Below are positions 1 to 10,891 of a stretch of DNA of 64,000 nt, piece after piece. A program made the translations under genes and the position numbers. Source of the stretch: an uncultured Thermoleophilia bacterium (lineage in GTDB: Bacteria; Actinomycetota; Thermoleophilia; UBA2241); contig CAVPCT010000002.1 in NCBI GenBank assembly GCA_963702475.1, positions 1 through 64,000 on the forward strand, written 5' to 3'. The notes below the pieces were generated by a model, which was given only the letters and a program-made list of their open reading frames with translations, searched no databases and had not been told where the DNA came from. Every line of letters begins with the position of its first letter. Position 1 is the first letter of the stretch.

Positions 1-1034
<1,034 letters not shown>

Positions 1035-1120
1035 TGAACTACACCTGCCGCTCTGCAGTTTTCAGGTCCGTGTCCGTGTGCCGGCACGAAAGTTTGTGCG
1101 CCCGTGTGACGGCGCCAGGT

Positions 1121-1238
1121 TTTCGGCGGTCATAGCGGAGGGGTCACACCTCTTCCCATTCCGAACAGAGTAGTTAAGCCCTCCAGCGCCGATGGTACTT
1201 CGGGGGCAGCCCCGCGGGAGAGTAGGACGCCGCCGGAT
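1121..1238 (+). rRNA. rrf: 5S rRNA
   Basis: CGGCGGTCATAGCGGAGGGGTCACACC...CCCATTCCGAAC...GTTAAGCC...CGCCGATGGTAC...GGGAGAGTAGGACGCCGCCG, ~85 nt after the 23S end. Confidence 0.97.
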
Positions 1239-1247
1239 CTTTCAGAC

Positions 1248-1281
1248 AGAGCCCGGTGAACCTTTCGGTTCACCGGGCTCT
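1248..1281 (+). terminator. rRNA operon terminator hairpin
   Basis: 15-bp perfect stem AGAGCCCGGTGAACC / GGTTCACCGGGCTCT with a TTTC loop, directly after the 5S. Confidence 0.8.
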
Positions 1282-1433
1282 CGTCGTTGTCGGGGCCACA
1301 GCAACTGCCGCTCGGCCAGGTGCCTGACGAGCCCGGGCCTGCTCATCCAATCCGAGCAGCACCGCGTTGGCTGCGCCACCGTGCGCCGTCTCCCCGTGCT
1401 GTGGTAGCTTGCGGGGGTCGAAGGAGGTCGGCG

Positions 1434-2900
1434 ATGGCTCGTGCCCGCGTCACGTATCTCACGGAAGAGGACCGCCGTTTCATCCACGAACAGGTCGTGT
1501 TCCTGCTCGAGGAAGTCGGCGTCGGGTACAACTCGGCGGCGGCCATCGACGTCCTCGAGGAGGCGGGGGCGCCGGTCGACCGCGAGCGCCTGCGGGCGCG
1601 GCTGCCGTGGGAGCTCGTGGAGCGGTGTCTGAAAACCTGCCCGCCGCGGGTGAGACTCGCGGGGCGTGTGCCGGGCTCGGACGTCGTGCTGGGCGACGGT
1701 TCGCTCACGTTCTGCACCGACGGCACCGGCACGTACCTCTACGACGACGAGAGCGGTGTGCGCACGGAGGGGAGTGCGGCCGCACTCCGCCAGGTGATGC
1801 GGCTGTTCGACGCGCTGCCGGAAGTGGACTACGCCTGGCCGTCCCTCTCGGCCCGCGACCTGCATCCGCTCACCGCGGGCCTGGAGATCGAGGCCGTCTC
1901 GTTCGCCTCTTTCAGCCGCCACATCCAGGACGAGGTGCGCGATCCGGCGCACGTGGCTCCCCTGCTCGAGATCTTCGAGGCGGTGGCCGGGGGCTCGCTG
2001 TGGCAGAAGCCGGTCTTCAGCATCGTCGACTGCACGGTGGCTCCCCTGCAGCACGAGCGCGAGATGACCGAGGCGGCCATGCAGCTCGTGCGGGCCGGCG
2101 TGCCCGTGCTCGTGCTGCCCATGCCGCTCACCGGCACCACTTCGCCCATCACGGTGCTGGGCACCTGCATCATCGACCTGGCCGAGCTGCTCAGCGCCGT
2201 CGTGCTCTTCCAGCTCGTGCAGCCCGGCTGCTCTCTCATCTCGGGCGTGGGGGCCGCCGTGGCCGACATGCGCACCGGCGGCTATCTGTGCGGCGCGCCC
2301 GAGGTCGGCCTGATCAACGTCGTCTGCGTCGAGATGAGCCACTTCTACGGCCTCCCCGTGACCGGCACGGCCGGCACCGGCGACTCCAAGGCGAGCAACT
2401 TCCAGGCCGGTGCGGAGGCCATGCTCACCGGCCTCGCCTGCGGTCTGGCCGGCGCCGACAGCATGCTCGCCTTCGGTCTCATCGACGGGGCGGAGACGGT
2501 CACGCTGGCGAAGACCATCATGGACCGTGACGTGGTCACCATGATCGAGCGGCTGCTGCGCGACGATCCCGTCGACGCCGCCCACGCCCTGACCACCGAT
2601 ATCCGCGAGGTGGGGGTCGGCGGCCACTACCTCGGCCGGCGCAGCACGCGTGCGCTCATGCGCGCCGGCGAGCTGTGGTCACCGAAGGTCTTTCAGCGCG
2701 CGCCGTTCGAGACGTACGGCGGGCGCAGCCTGGTGGACGCCGCCGCCGACCAGGCGCGCGAGCTGCTGCGTACGCACGAGGTGCCGCCGCTGCCGGACGA
2801 CGTGGTCGCGGAGATCGACGCGGTCATCGAGAGGTACGCGCGCGCCGTGGGCGCGCCGGAGCGACGCGTGCGCTGGCGCGAGTCCGCGCAGGCTCACTGA
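1434..2900 (+). CDS. MttB-superfamily (trimethylamine methyltransferase family) corrinoid methyltransferase, non-pyrrolysine
   Basis: RBS AAGGAGG before ATG 1434. Family motifs 'IHEQVVFLLEEVGV', 'GTTSPITVLG', 'DMRTG...GAPE', 'DIREVGVGGHYL...T'. No in-frame TAG. Confidence 0.88.
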   Translation: MARARVTYLTEEDRRFIHEQVVFLLEEVGVGYNSAAAIDVLEEAGAPVDRERLRARLPWELVERCLKTCPPRVRLAGRVPGSDVVLGDGSLTFCTDGTGTYLYDDESGVRTEGSAAALRQVMRLFDALPEVDYAWPSLSARDLHPLTAGLEIEAVSFASFSRHIQDEVRDPAHVAPLLEIFEAVAGGSLWQKPVFSIVDCTVAPLQHEREMTEAAMQLVRAGVPVLVLPMPLTGTTSPITVLGTCIIDLAELLSAVVLFQLVQPGCSLISGVGAAVADMRTGGYLCGAPEVGLINVVCVEMSHFYGLPVTGTAGTGDSKASNFQAGAEAMLTGLACGLAGADSMLAFGLIDGAETVTLAKTIMDRDVVTMIERLLRDDPVDAAHALTTDIREVGVGGHYLGRRSTRALMRAGELWSPKVFQRAPFETYGGRSLVDAAADQARELLRTHEVPPLPDDVVAEIDAVIERYARAVGAPERRVRWRESAQAH

Positions 2901-2907
2901 GGCGCGC

Positions 2908-3582
2908 GTGGACGAGGTCATCGAGCGCACCGAGGGCCGCAGCGGCGAGCTCGTACTGCGGCGCAGCCGCGGCCACCTCGAGGTCATCCTCAACGGCGCC
3001 TTCCTCATCTCGACGGAGAACGACGCGTCCAGCCGGGCGATGGTCACGGCGGCGCTGCCGCACCTCGAAGGCGACCGCCTTGAAGTGCTCATCGGCGGTC
3101 TCGGCCTGGGCTACGCCCTCGACGAGGCGCTGGCGCAGCCGCGCGTCGCGCGGGTCACGGTGGCCGAGCTCGAGCCCACCGTGGTGCGCTGGTTCCGCGC
3201 GCACGCGGCGGGGCGCGCGGAGCGCGCCGCCGCAGGCGAGTGCGCCGGGCGCGCCCGCATCGACTGTGCCGACGTCGCCGAGCTGCTGCGCCGCGGCGCG
3301 GGGAGCTTCGACCTCGTATCGCTCGACACCGACAACGGTCCGGCCTGGCTGGTCCGCGACGCCAATGCGGGACTGTACGACGTGGAGGGCGTTCGCCTGG
3401 TGGCGGCCGCGCTTCGCTCGGGCGGCGCGGCCGTGTTCTGGTCGCCGGACCGGTATCCGGCGTTCGAGGAGGTCCTGACGCGTGTCTTCGCTCGCATCGT
3501 GGCGGAGCCGGCGTTCGACGTGGTGCGCGGGCGCCGGCACGAGTACACGATGTACGTCTGCCTCGGGTCGCCGGCGAGGTAG
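2908..3582 (+). CDS. Spermidine synthase-like SAM-binding protein
   Basis: 'VLIGGLGLGY...VAELEP...LDTDNGP' motifs. The GTG start lies 7 nt after the upstream stop. Ends in TAG. Confidence 0.75.
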   Translation: MDEVIERTEGRSGELVLRRSRGHLEVILNGAFLISTENDASSRAMVTAALPHLEGDRLEVLIGGLGLGYALDEALAQPRVARVTVAELEPTVVRWFRAHAAGRAERAAAGECAGRARIDCADVAELLRRGAGSFDLVSLDTDNGPAWLVRDANAGLYDVEGVRLVAAALRSGGAAVFWSPDRYPAFEEVLTRVFARIVAEPAFDVVRGRRHEYTMYVCLGSPAR

Positions 3583-3621
3583 ACTGGTACGGCACAGTGT
3601 GTCCCTTCACGAGGAGGCCGG

Positions 3622-3819
3622 GTGGCGCTCTTCTGGAACGAGCCGAGCGAGATCGCGTGGGCCCTGATCGACGCGTATCCCGATCAGGACCCCTTGGACC
3701 TCAACTTCGTCGACCTGCACGGCATGATCGTGGGCCTGGACGGGTTCGGGGACGACCCCGAGGCGGCCGGCGAACCCATCCTGGAGGCCATCGTGGTGGC
3801 GTGGAATGACCAGCGCTGA
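3622..3819 (+). CDS. iscX: Fe-S assembly protein IscX (YfhJ) family
   Basis: 65-aa acidic protein 'W...EIAWAL.DAYPD.DP..LNF.DLH..I..L..F.DDP......ILEAI..AW'. RBS GAGGAGG. Confidence 0.85.
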   Translation: MALFWNEPSEIAWALIDAYPDQDPLDLNFVDLHGMIVGLDGFGDDPEAAGEPILEAIVVAWNDQR

Positions 3820-4435
3820 CGAGGGCCTCCTCGGGCTCTTCCCGCTCGGCATCGTGCTGCTTCCGGGCGAGGTGGCGCCGCTGCACATCTTCGAGGAGCG
3901 GTACAAGCTGCTGGTCAACGAGCGGCTCGACGGCGGCGAGTTCGGCATCGTGTTCACCGATGACGAAGGCGCCCGCGAGTGCGGCTGCACGGCGCGCGTG
4001 GCCGAGCTGCTCGAGGAGCTCGACGACGGGCGCATGAACGTTCTGGTCCAGGGTGGCCGCCGCTTCCGCGTCGTCGACCTGCGGCCGCCGGATGATCCCC
4101 AGGCCGTCTACCTCAGCGGGATCGTGGAGTACTTCCACGACGAGGACGCGGAGGCGCCCGAGGCGCTGCGCGCTGCGGTGCTCGAGGCGTTCCGCAAGAT
4201 GCTCCTGCTCATGGAGGTCGAGTCGCCGCGCGAGCCGTTGGGCGAAGAGCCGCTGTCGTTTCGCGTGGCGGCCGCGGTGGACTTCGGCGCGTCGCTCAAG
4301 CAGGAGCTGCTCGAGTCGCGCAGCGAGGCCGAGCGCCTGCAGACCCTCCTCACCGTGATGGAGACGCTGCTGCCGCGCCTGCAGCTTCGCAAGGAGCGCG
4401 AAGAGGCCATCCGCGGCAACGGCAAAGGCTACTAG
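3806..4435 (+). CDS. LON peptidase N-terminal (substrate-binding) domain protein
   Basis: 'LFPLGIVLLPGEVAPLHIFEERYKLLV', 'DGRMNVLVQGGRRFRV', 'KQELLESRSEAERL'. Confidence 0.85.
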   Translation: MTSADEGLLGLFPLGIVLLPGEVAPLHIFEERYKLLVNERLDGGEFGIVFTDDEGARECGCTARVAELLEELDDGRMNVLVQGGRRFRVVDLRPPDDPQAVYLSGIVEYFHDEDAEAPEALRAAVLEAFRKMLLLMEVESPREPLGEEPLSFRVAAAVDFGASLKQELLESRSEAERLQTLLTVMETLLPRLQLRKEREEAIRGNGKGY

Positions 4436-4473
4436 CGGAGGGCGCGCGGCGCTCGGCCCAACCGGTCGCAGGG

Positions 4474-5448
4474 TCAGGGCACCAGCACGATCTTTCCGAG
4501 GTGCCTGCCGGCCAGTAGCTCGTGAGCCCTGCGAGCCTCCGCAAGCGGCAGCGTCTCACCTATGACCGGCCGCACCTTACCGGCCGCGGCCATGGCCCCG
4601 ATCTCCGCGGCAATCGCGGCCACTCCGGCGCGGCCCGCGTTGTTCAGGCTCATGAACAGAAGACTGGCGTCCTTCGCGAGCGCCTCGCCGATGGGCACCG
4701 ACGCCTCCGGCGCGGGGCCCTGCCCCGTGCACACGATACGGCCGCCCTTGGCCACGAGCTTGACGTCGACGGGCAGATTGACGCTGATGACGAGCTCGTG
4801 GACGAGGTCGAAGCCCTTGCCGTCCGTGAGCGCCAGGCCGCGAGCGACCACGTCCTCCGCCTTGTAGTCGATGACGTCCTCGGCGCCGAGGCTGCGGACC
4901 AGGGCCGCCTCTTCCTCGCCCGACACCGTGCCTACGACGCGGGCGCCGAGAGCGGCGGCGATCTGCACCGAGGCGGAGCCGACGCCGCCGGCGGCGCCCT
5001 GGACGAGCACCGTCTCGCCCGGCTGCAAGGCTCCGCGCCGCACGAGCGCGTAGTACGCGGTGGGGAAGACCATGCCGAGGGCGGCCGCGTCCGTCGGCGT
5101 GAGGCCGGGAGGCACCGGCACGGCCTGCGTCTCGTGGATGACGGCGTACTCCGCGTAGCTGCCCTCGCTGCCGACGCCCAGCCCGCTGAAGAACACCTCG
5201 TCACCGAGCTTCACCGACGTCACGCCCTCGCCGACCTTCTCCACCACGCCGGCGCCGTCCGAGCCGATGATCTTGGGCGGCTGCTTGGGCGTCGGGAAGC
5301 GGTTTTCTCGGACCGACACGTCGATGGGGTTGACCGTGGCAGCCGTCACGCGCACGAGGACCTGGTCCTCCTTGGGCTCTGGCGCCGGGACCTCCTCGTA
5401 GACGAGGACTTCTGGTCCGCCGTACTCGTGGATGCGTACCGCCTTCAT
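4474..5448 (-). CDS. NADPH:quinone reductase / zeta-crystallin-like MDR oxidoreductase
   Basis: 'MKAVRIHEYGGPEVL', 'VNPID', 'VLVQGAAGGVG', 'GKIVLVP'. RBS GGAGG. Confidence 0.9.
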   Translation of the reverse strand: MKAVRIHEYGGPEVLVYEEVPAPEPKEDQVLVRVTAATVNPIDVSVRENRFPTPKQPPKIIGSDGAGVVEKVGEGVTSVKLGDEVFFSGLGVGSEGSYAEYAVIHETQAVPVPPGLTPTDAAALGMVFPTAYYALVRRGALQPGETVLVQGAAGGVGSASVQIAAALGARVVGTVSGEEEAALVRSLGAEDVIDYKAEDVVARGLALTDGKGFDLVHELVISVNLPVDVKLVAKGGRIVCTGQGPAPEASVPIGEALAKDASLLFMSLNNAGRAGVAAIAAEIGAMAAAGKVRPVIGETLPLAEARRAHELLAGRHLGKIVLVP

Positions 5449-5614
5449 ATCGCCGCCTCCTGACAGGTGGTCGTCCGCTGCTCGGCAGGGACTGTACCCG
5501 GGAGACCCGAAGGTGATACGGGGGCCGGCCGCCGCAGGCGGCCGGCCCCCGTATCGGCGCGGCTCCGACGCCGCGCCGGTCACTCCGGACGTGCCGGCGG
5601 AGCGCTCGCGCCGG

Positions 5615-6661
5615 TCACGCCGGCGCGGTCGGCGGCGCCGTGCGCCGGCGCGCGCGCCGCACCCTGCGCGCCGCGTACCAGACGGCCAGCCCGATCCCGC
5701 CGAAGACCAGCACGAACGGGAAAAGGGCGGTGAGGACGAGGCCGGTGACGCGGGCCCCGTGGCCGAGCAGTTCCAGAGAGCCCTTCAGGGTGTCCCAGAA
5801 CCCCGGCGATGCTGCGACGGCCGGAGCCGTCCCCTTCTCGTGCAGGAACACGGACAGCGTGCCGTAGGTGGTCTGCTCCCGCAGCGACTTCATCTGGGCG
5901 GCCAGCTGCTCGATCTCCAGCTGGACCTTGTCGATGCGGTCCTGCACGGCGAGCGTCTGGGAGATGGTGTCGGCCTTGTCGAGGAAGCTCACGAGCCGGG
6001 CCTCTACGGCACGCAGGTGGCGAAGGCGCGCCTGGAGGTCGACGAACTGGCTCGTGACGTCCTCGCTCGAGGTCGACACGCTCTCGACCTTGCCGAGCTG
6101 GGCGAAGCGCTTGAGCGTGGCGTCGAACACGCGCTCGGGGACGCGCACTGTGAGGGTGGCGTAGGGGGCGGAACCCTCGGGGGCCGTGCTCGTGACGGAG
6201 AGCCCGTCCACCGGAGCGAGATCACCTGAGCCCTCCGCCAGCGGCACCGGCGTCCCGTAGTCGCTGCCCATCGCGCTCGAGAGCACGTAGCCGCCGGCCG
6301 CGGTCGTCAGCGACGTGACGCGGTCGACGGTCGAGAGCAGCGTCCCCCTGGCCACAAGGAGCGAGAGGTCGCCGGTGCGGATGAGGTGGTGTGCCGAGTA
6401 TGCGGAGGCCGGCGGCACGGCCAGTGCGACGTCCGTCTCGGCCGTGCCGCCGGCCGCTCCGTCCTCGGCCTTGGCGACCTGTGCCTCGTCGGCCGCTGCG
6501 CCGAGCGATGCCGCCGAGCGGTCGTAGCCTGCGGAGTCCTCGCTCCCGCCGCCGATGGAGCCGCGGCTGAGCAGGCCCACGCCGGCGAAGAGGCCGACGA
6601 GGCCGACGAGGCTGATGACGACGACGATGACGACGATCCTGCCTCTGGGTGTCCGTGCCAT
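5615..6661 (-). CDS. DUF4349-domain membrane protein
   Basis: N-terminal TM segment, 'ATLTVRVP', 'SEDVTSQFVDLQARL', 'IEQL......L......TL', C-terminal TM segment. Confidence 0.8.
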   Translation of the reverse strand: MARTPRGRIVVIVVVISLVGLVGLFAGVGLLSRGSIGGGSEDSAGYDRSAASLGAAADEAQVAKAEDGAAGGTAETDVALAVPPASAYSAHHLIRTGDLSLLVARGTLLSTVDRVTSLTTAAGGYVLSSAMGSDYGTPVPLAEGSGDLAPVDGLSVTSTAPEGSAPYATLTVRVPERVFDATLKRFAQLGKVESVSTSSEDVTSQFVDLQARLRHLRAVEARLVSFLDKADTISQTLAVQDRIDKVQLEIEQLAAQMKSLREQTTYGTLSVFLHEKGTAPAVAASPGFWDTLKGSLELLGHGARVTGLVLTALFPFVLVFGGIGLAVWYAARRVRRARRRTAPPTAPA

Positions 6662-6710
6662 CTGACTGTCCTCCCCATGTGGCCGCGCCCCATGCGGCCT
6701 TAGATACCGG

Positions 6711-7691
6711 GTGAGACGCCGCGCGGGGGGAGGGCGTTCGTCGAGCGGAGAGGGCCGCAGGTCTGGCGCACGGCAGCGCGGGCTCACTTCTTCTGCGAGC
6801 CTGGACGATACCGTATCCAGGACAGTGGACGACCGGGAGGACCTGACCGCGCGGTCCTCCGTGACGCCGAGTCCTTCACCGACGTCCGACGGCGACCCCA
6901 CGCAGGCCGACGTGCAGGCGTTCGTCAAGAAGGCCGTGGCCTACGCCAAGGAGCACGGCAAGGACGCCGCCCTCGCCGCCTTCACCGCACCGGGCGGCGA
7001 GTTCCACGACGGCCAGCTGTACATCTACGCCTACGACTTCACCGGCACGGTCATCGCCCACGGCGGCGACGCCGGCCTGGTCGGCAGGAACCTCATCGAC
7101 ATGACCGACCCCAACGGCGTGCACGTCATCCAGGAGCTCGTGCGTCTCGCTCGCGGAGGGGGAGGCTGGCTGTACTACACCTGGCCGAACCCGCAACACG
7201 ACAACGCCGAGGAGCCGAAGCTCGGGTACGTGGAGAAGGTGGACGACACCTGGTTCCTGGGCTCGGGCACGTACGGCGCCGCGGCCGTCGAGCCGCCCAG
7301 CAAGGCCGCGGTGAAGGCGTTCGTCGACGAGGCCTGCGCCCACGTCAAGAAGGTCGGCAAGAAGAAGGCGTTCGCGGCGTTCATGAAGAGGGACGGAGAC
7401 TGGTTCCAGGGTCAGCTGTACATCTTCGCCGACCGGTTCGACGGCACCGTGCTGTGCTTTCCGACGGAGCCGGACAAGGTCGGCAAGAGCCTGTGGAGCC
7501 GCAGGGACCCGGACGGCAAGTACCCCATCCGTATGATGAGCAAGGTCGCGCGCACGAAGGGGTCGGGGTGGGTCACCTACAAGTATCTCAACCCGGCCCA
7601 GGGCAAGGTGACGCAGCAGAAGCACACCTACGTGCGGCGCGCCGGCGACGACTGGTTCCTGGGGTCGGGGACGTGCAGCCCGATCCGGTAG
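6711..7691 (+). CDS. Stand-alone tandem Cache-domain protein (start uncertain)
   Basis: Two repeats of 'V.AFV..A......GK..A.AAF....G.F..GQLYI...DP.G......G.GW..Y...NP...K..YV...D.WFLGSGT'. Ends in TAG. Confidence 0.7.
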   Translation: MRRRAGGGRSSSGEGRRSGARQRGLTSSASLDDTVSRTVDDREDLTARSSVTPSPSPTSDGDPTQADVQAFVKKAVAYAKEHGKDAALAAFTAPGGEFHDGQLYIYAYDFTGTVIAHGGDAGLVGRNLIDMTDPNGVHVIQELVRLARGGGGWLYYTWPNPQHDNAEEPKLGYVEKVDDTWFLGSGTYGAAAVEPPSKAAVKAFVDEACAHVKKVGKKKAFAAFMKRDGDWFQGQLYIFADRFDGTVLCFPTEPDKVGKSLWSRRDPDGKYPIRMMSKVARTKGSGWVTYKYLNPAQGKVTQQKHTYVRRAGDDWFLGSGTCSPIR

Positions 7692-7735
7692 GCCGCGCGG
7701 GGGACGCAACGAAGGGCGGGCCGCCCCGCCGCGTC

Positions 7736-10700
7736 TCAGAGCTCGTCGACGAGGTCCTCCGGCGGCGCGAAGCCGCGGCGCATCGTGTTCTCCGTGGTGA
7801 CCCGTGGCTCCACGAATTGCAGCAGGTAGTCGGGGCCGCCGGCCTTGGAGCCGACGCCGCTCATCTTGAAGCCGCCGAACGGCTGGCGGTCAACGAGCGC
7901 GCCCGTGATGCCACGGTTGATGTACAGGTTGCCGACGCGGAACTCGCGGCGCACGCGCTCGATGGAGGCCGGGCTGCGGCTGATGAGGCCGCCGGTGAGG
8001 GCGAAGCGCACGCCGTTGGCGATGGCCAGCGCTTCGTCCATGTCGGCGGCCTTCATGACGGCGACCACCGGCCCGAAGATCTCGTCCTGAGCGATGGTGG
8101 CGTCGGGCCGTACGCCGGTGAACACGTGCGGCGCGACGAAGTAGCCGCCGCTCGGCCAGCCGCCTGAGGGCGGCTCCACCGTGGCGGCCAGCGTGCTCTC
8201 GCGCCGGCCGGTCTCGATGAAGCCGAGGATCCTGTCGCGCGCCTCGCCGGTGATGACCGGCGGCACGCGCGTGGCCGGGTCCTCGGCCGGTCCCACGCGC
8301 AGGCTGCGGGTGGCCTCGGCGAGCCTGCGCACGAAGTCGTCGTGGGCGGCCTCGAGCACGATGACCCGCGAGGCCGCCGAGCACTTCTGGCCGGCGTAGT
8401 GGAACGCCGAGGCCACGACCTCGCTCACGGCCACATCGAGGTCGGCGTCGGCGTCGACGATGACCGCGTTCTTGCCGCCCATCTCGGCGATGACCTTCTT
8501 CACCGCGTCCCGGGCGGGGTTCTGCGCCGCCTGGCTCATGAGGTGCAGGCCGACCTCCATGGACCCGGTGAAGGCGATGAGGTCGACGCCGGGGTGACGC
8601 GCCAGGAAGTCCCCGACCTCGGCGCCGGGGCTCGGCAGGTAGTTCACCGTACCGGGCGGAGCGCCGGCCTGCTCCAGGATGCGGACCAGCTGCGCGGCGA
8701 TGACCGGCGTGGGCCCGGCGGGTTTCACGATGACCGGGTTGCCGGTCACCAGCGCGGCGCTCGTCATGCCGGTGAGGATGGCCAGCGGGAAGTTCCACGG
8801 AGCTACGGCGAGGGCCACGCCGCGCGGCTCGTAGAAGTACACGTTGTGCTCGCCGGGCACGTGGCCCAGCACGCGCGGGCGCGCCAGGCGCAGCGTCTCG
8901 CGCCCGTAGTACTCGAGGAAGTCGACGGCTTCGGCCACGTCCCCGTCGGCCTCGCGCCGCGGCTTGCCGGCCTCGAGGGTCTCGAGTGCCGCCAGCTCCA
9001 CGGCTTCGCGGCGCATGAGCTCGGCGGCGCGGAACAGCACGGCGGCGCGCTCCACGGCGGGGGTGTCGCGCCACGCCGGCAGCGCGGCACGGGCCGCCGC
9101 TACGGCCGCCTCGGCCTCGGCACGGCCGCCGTAGGCGACCGTGCCGATCACCTCGTCCGGCGCCGACGGGTTCACCGACGTGAGCGTGCGCGCCGACTCC
9201 GTGTCGCGTCCGCCGATGCGCAGGGGGTGGTGCGCGCCCAGGCGGGCGCGCACCTTCTGCAGCGCCTCGTCGTAGACGCCGCGGTTCTCCCGGCGGGAGA
9301 AGTCGGCGTGCGGCATGTTCACGAAGGCTGCGGGCTTCGCCGGGTCGGTGGGAGCGATGTGCGGCAGGCGCGCCGACGCCGCGCCGAAGTCCGGCGACGG
9401 CTCGGGTGGCTGCACGAGCTCATCGACCTGATGGCCCTCCACGAACGTCTGACGCAGGAACGATTCGTTCGCCGTGTTCTCCAGGAGCCGCCGCACGAGG
9501 TACGCCATGCCGGGGATCAGCTCGCCCACGGGCGCGTACTCGCGCAGGCGCAGGCCCATGCCGCGGACGGCCTGCTTGATGGGATCTCCCATGCCGTGCA
9601 GCATCTGGATCTCGAACGCGTTGTCGGGCAGGCCGAGCTCGCGCGCCGCTTCGATGGCCGCCGCCAGCGAGCGCACGTTGTGGCTGGCGAAGGCGGGGCG
9701 CACGTGATCGGGGTGCTCGAGCATGACGCGTGCCAGCTTCTCGTACATGGTGTCGGCATCGGGCTTGTGCGTGAACACCGGCACCGGCCAGCCCTCCTGG
9801 GCGGCCAGCACCGTCTCGTAGTCCCAGTAGGCGCCCTTGACCAGGCGCAGGCTGAACACGCGGCCGCGGTCCTGAGCCCAGGCGAGAAGCTCGTCTAGGT
9901 CGCGGTCGGCGTCGCGCAAGTAGGCCTGCACCACGACGCCCGCGTTGTCGTACGAGTGGAACTCCTCCTCGTCCATCAGCGACGTGAACACGCTGTACGT
10001 GAGGTCCCGGCAGCGGAACTGCTCCAGGTCGAGGGTGAGGGCGGCGCCGTCGGCGACGGCCTTGCGGAAGACCGGGCGCAGGCGGTCCTTGACGGTCTCG
10101 AGGCTCCCTTGGAAGTCCAGAGGGTCGATCTGGGAGAAGAGAGACGTGATCTTGAGGCTGAGGTTCACGCGCGGCACCGGACCCCAGGCGGCCTCGTCCA
10201 CGGCGGGCTCTGGGGACCAGGCGGCGGCGGTGGCCGCCAGTCCGTCGAGGAGGTTGAGGTACGTGCGCTGGTAGGCCTCCGCCTCGGCTTCGCTCACGGA
10301 GGCCTCACCGAGGACGTCCAGCGTGAAGCCGACGCCGCGGTCGCGAAGGGCCTTGAGGGCCGGGACGGCGTCGGCCGCGTCGCGGCCCACGATGAAGCGC
10401 TTCGCGAAGCCGCGCATCTGGCGTCGTACGACACCGCCGGCGATGGGCGCCAGCGGCTGGCGGCCGCCGGTGAGGTTGATGCCCCAGCGCAGGGCCCGAG
10501 GCACCGCGACGCCCTGGCGTTCGAAGTACTCCTTGAGGTGCCGGTGCACCTCACGGCGGCTGCGCAGGGTGGGGAAGACGTCGACGAAGCGCAGCAGCTC
10601 CACCTTGAGCCGCTCGTCGGCCATCGCCCACTCCATCATCTCCCCCTGCCAGCGCTCGGACGAGAGCAGCGAGGGCCGTTCCTGGTGGATGGAGGCGAAG

Positions 10701-10753
10701 ATGCCGCGTGCGGTGGCCTGGACGCGCTGCTCCGTGGTGGACCTGCCCGCCAT
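7736..10753 (-). CDS. putA: Bifunctional proline dehydrogenase / P5C dehydrogenase
   Basis: 'LLRFVDVFP', 'LDVLGEA', 'RLVKGAYWDYE', 'ASHN', 'AYLVRRLLEN', ALDH motifs 'AEMGGKN', 'AGQKCSA', 'EIFGPV', 'GSKAGGPDYL'. RBS GGAGG before ATG 10753. Confidence 0.95.
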   Translation of the reverse strand: MAGRSTTEQRVQATARGIFASIHQERPSLLSSERWQGEMMEWAMADERLKVELLRFVDVFPTLRSRREVHRHLKEYFERQGVAVPRALRWGINLTGGRQPLAPIAGGVVRRQMRGFAKRFIVGRDAADAVPALKALRDRGVGFTLDVLGEASVSEAEAEAYQRTYLNLLDGLAATAAAWSPEPAVDEAAWGPVPRVNLSLKITSLFSQIDPLDFQGSLETVKDRLRPVFRKAVADGAALTLDLEQFRCRDLTYSVFTSLMDEEEFHSYDNAGVVVQAYLRDADRDLDELLAWAQDRGRVFSLRLVKGAYWDYETVLAAQEGWPVPVFTHKPDADTMYEKLARVMLEHPDHVRPAFASHNVRSLAAAIEAARELGLPDNAFEIQMLHGMGDPIKQAVRGMGLRLREYAPVGELIPGMAYLVRRLLENTANESFLRQTFVEGHQVDELVQPPEPSPDFGAASARLPHIAPTDPAKPAAFVNMPHADFSRRENRGVYDEALQKVRARLGAHHPLRIGGRDTESARTLTSVNPSAPDEVIGTVAYGGRAEAEAAVAAARAALPAWRDTPAVERAAVLFRAAELMRREAVELAALETLEAGKPRREADGDVAEAVDFLEYYGRETLRLARPRVLGHVPGEHNVYFYEPRGVALAVAPWNFPLAILTGMTSAALVTGNPVIVKPAGPTPVIAAQLVRILEQAGAPPGTVNYLPSPGAEVGDFLARHPGVDLIAFTGSMEVGLHLMSQAAQNPARDAVKKVIAEMGGKNAVIVDADADLDVAVSEVVASAFHYAGQKCSAASRVIVLEAAHDDFVRRLAEATRSLRVGPAEDPATRVPPVITGEARDRILGFIETGRRESTLAATVEPPSGGWPSGGYFVAPHVFTGVRPDATIAQDEIFGPVVAVMKAADMDEALAIANGVRFALTGGLISRSPASIERVRREFRVGNLYINRGITGALVDRQPFGGFKMSGVGSKAGGPDYLLQFVEPRVTTENTMRRGFAPPEDLVDEL

Positions 10754-10790
10754 GTGTGTTCCTCCCCCGGCTCCGATCTGGGCTGCTCCG

Positions 10791-10870
10791 ATTCTACCGC
10801 CCCGGCGGCCGGTCCGGTCCGGGCGCCGCCGCCGACGAGGTCCAGCGGCGTCCCGGCCGTCCGATAGAAT
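10791..10870. promoter_or_regulatory. Divergent putA / GNAT promoter region
   Basis: TAGAAT -10-like hexamers on both strands: minus 10791-10796, plus 10865-10870. Confidence 0.5.
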
Positions 10871-10891
10871 CGGCCGGCGGAGAGGAGGGCC

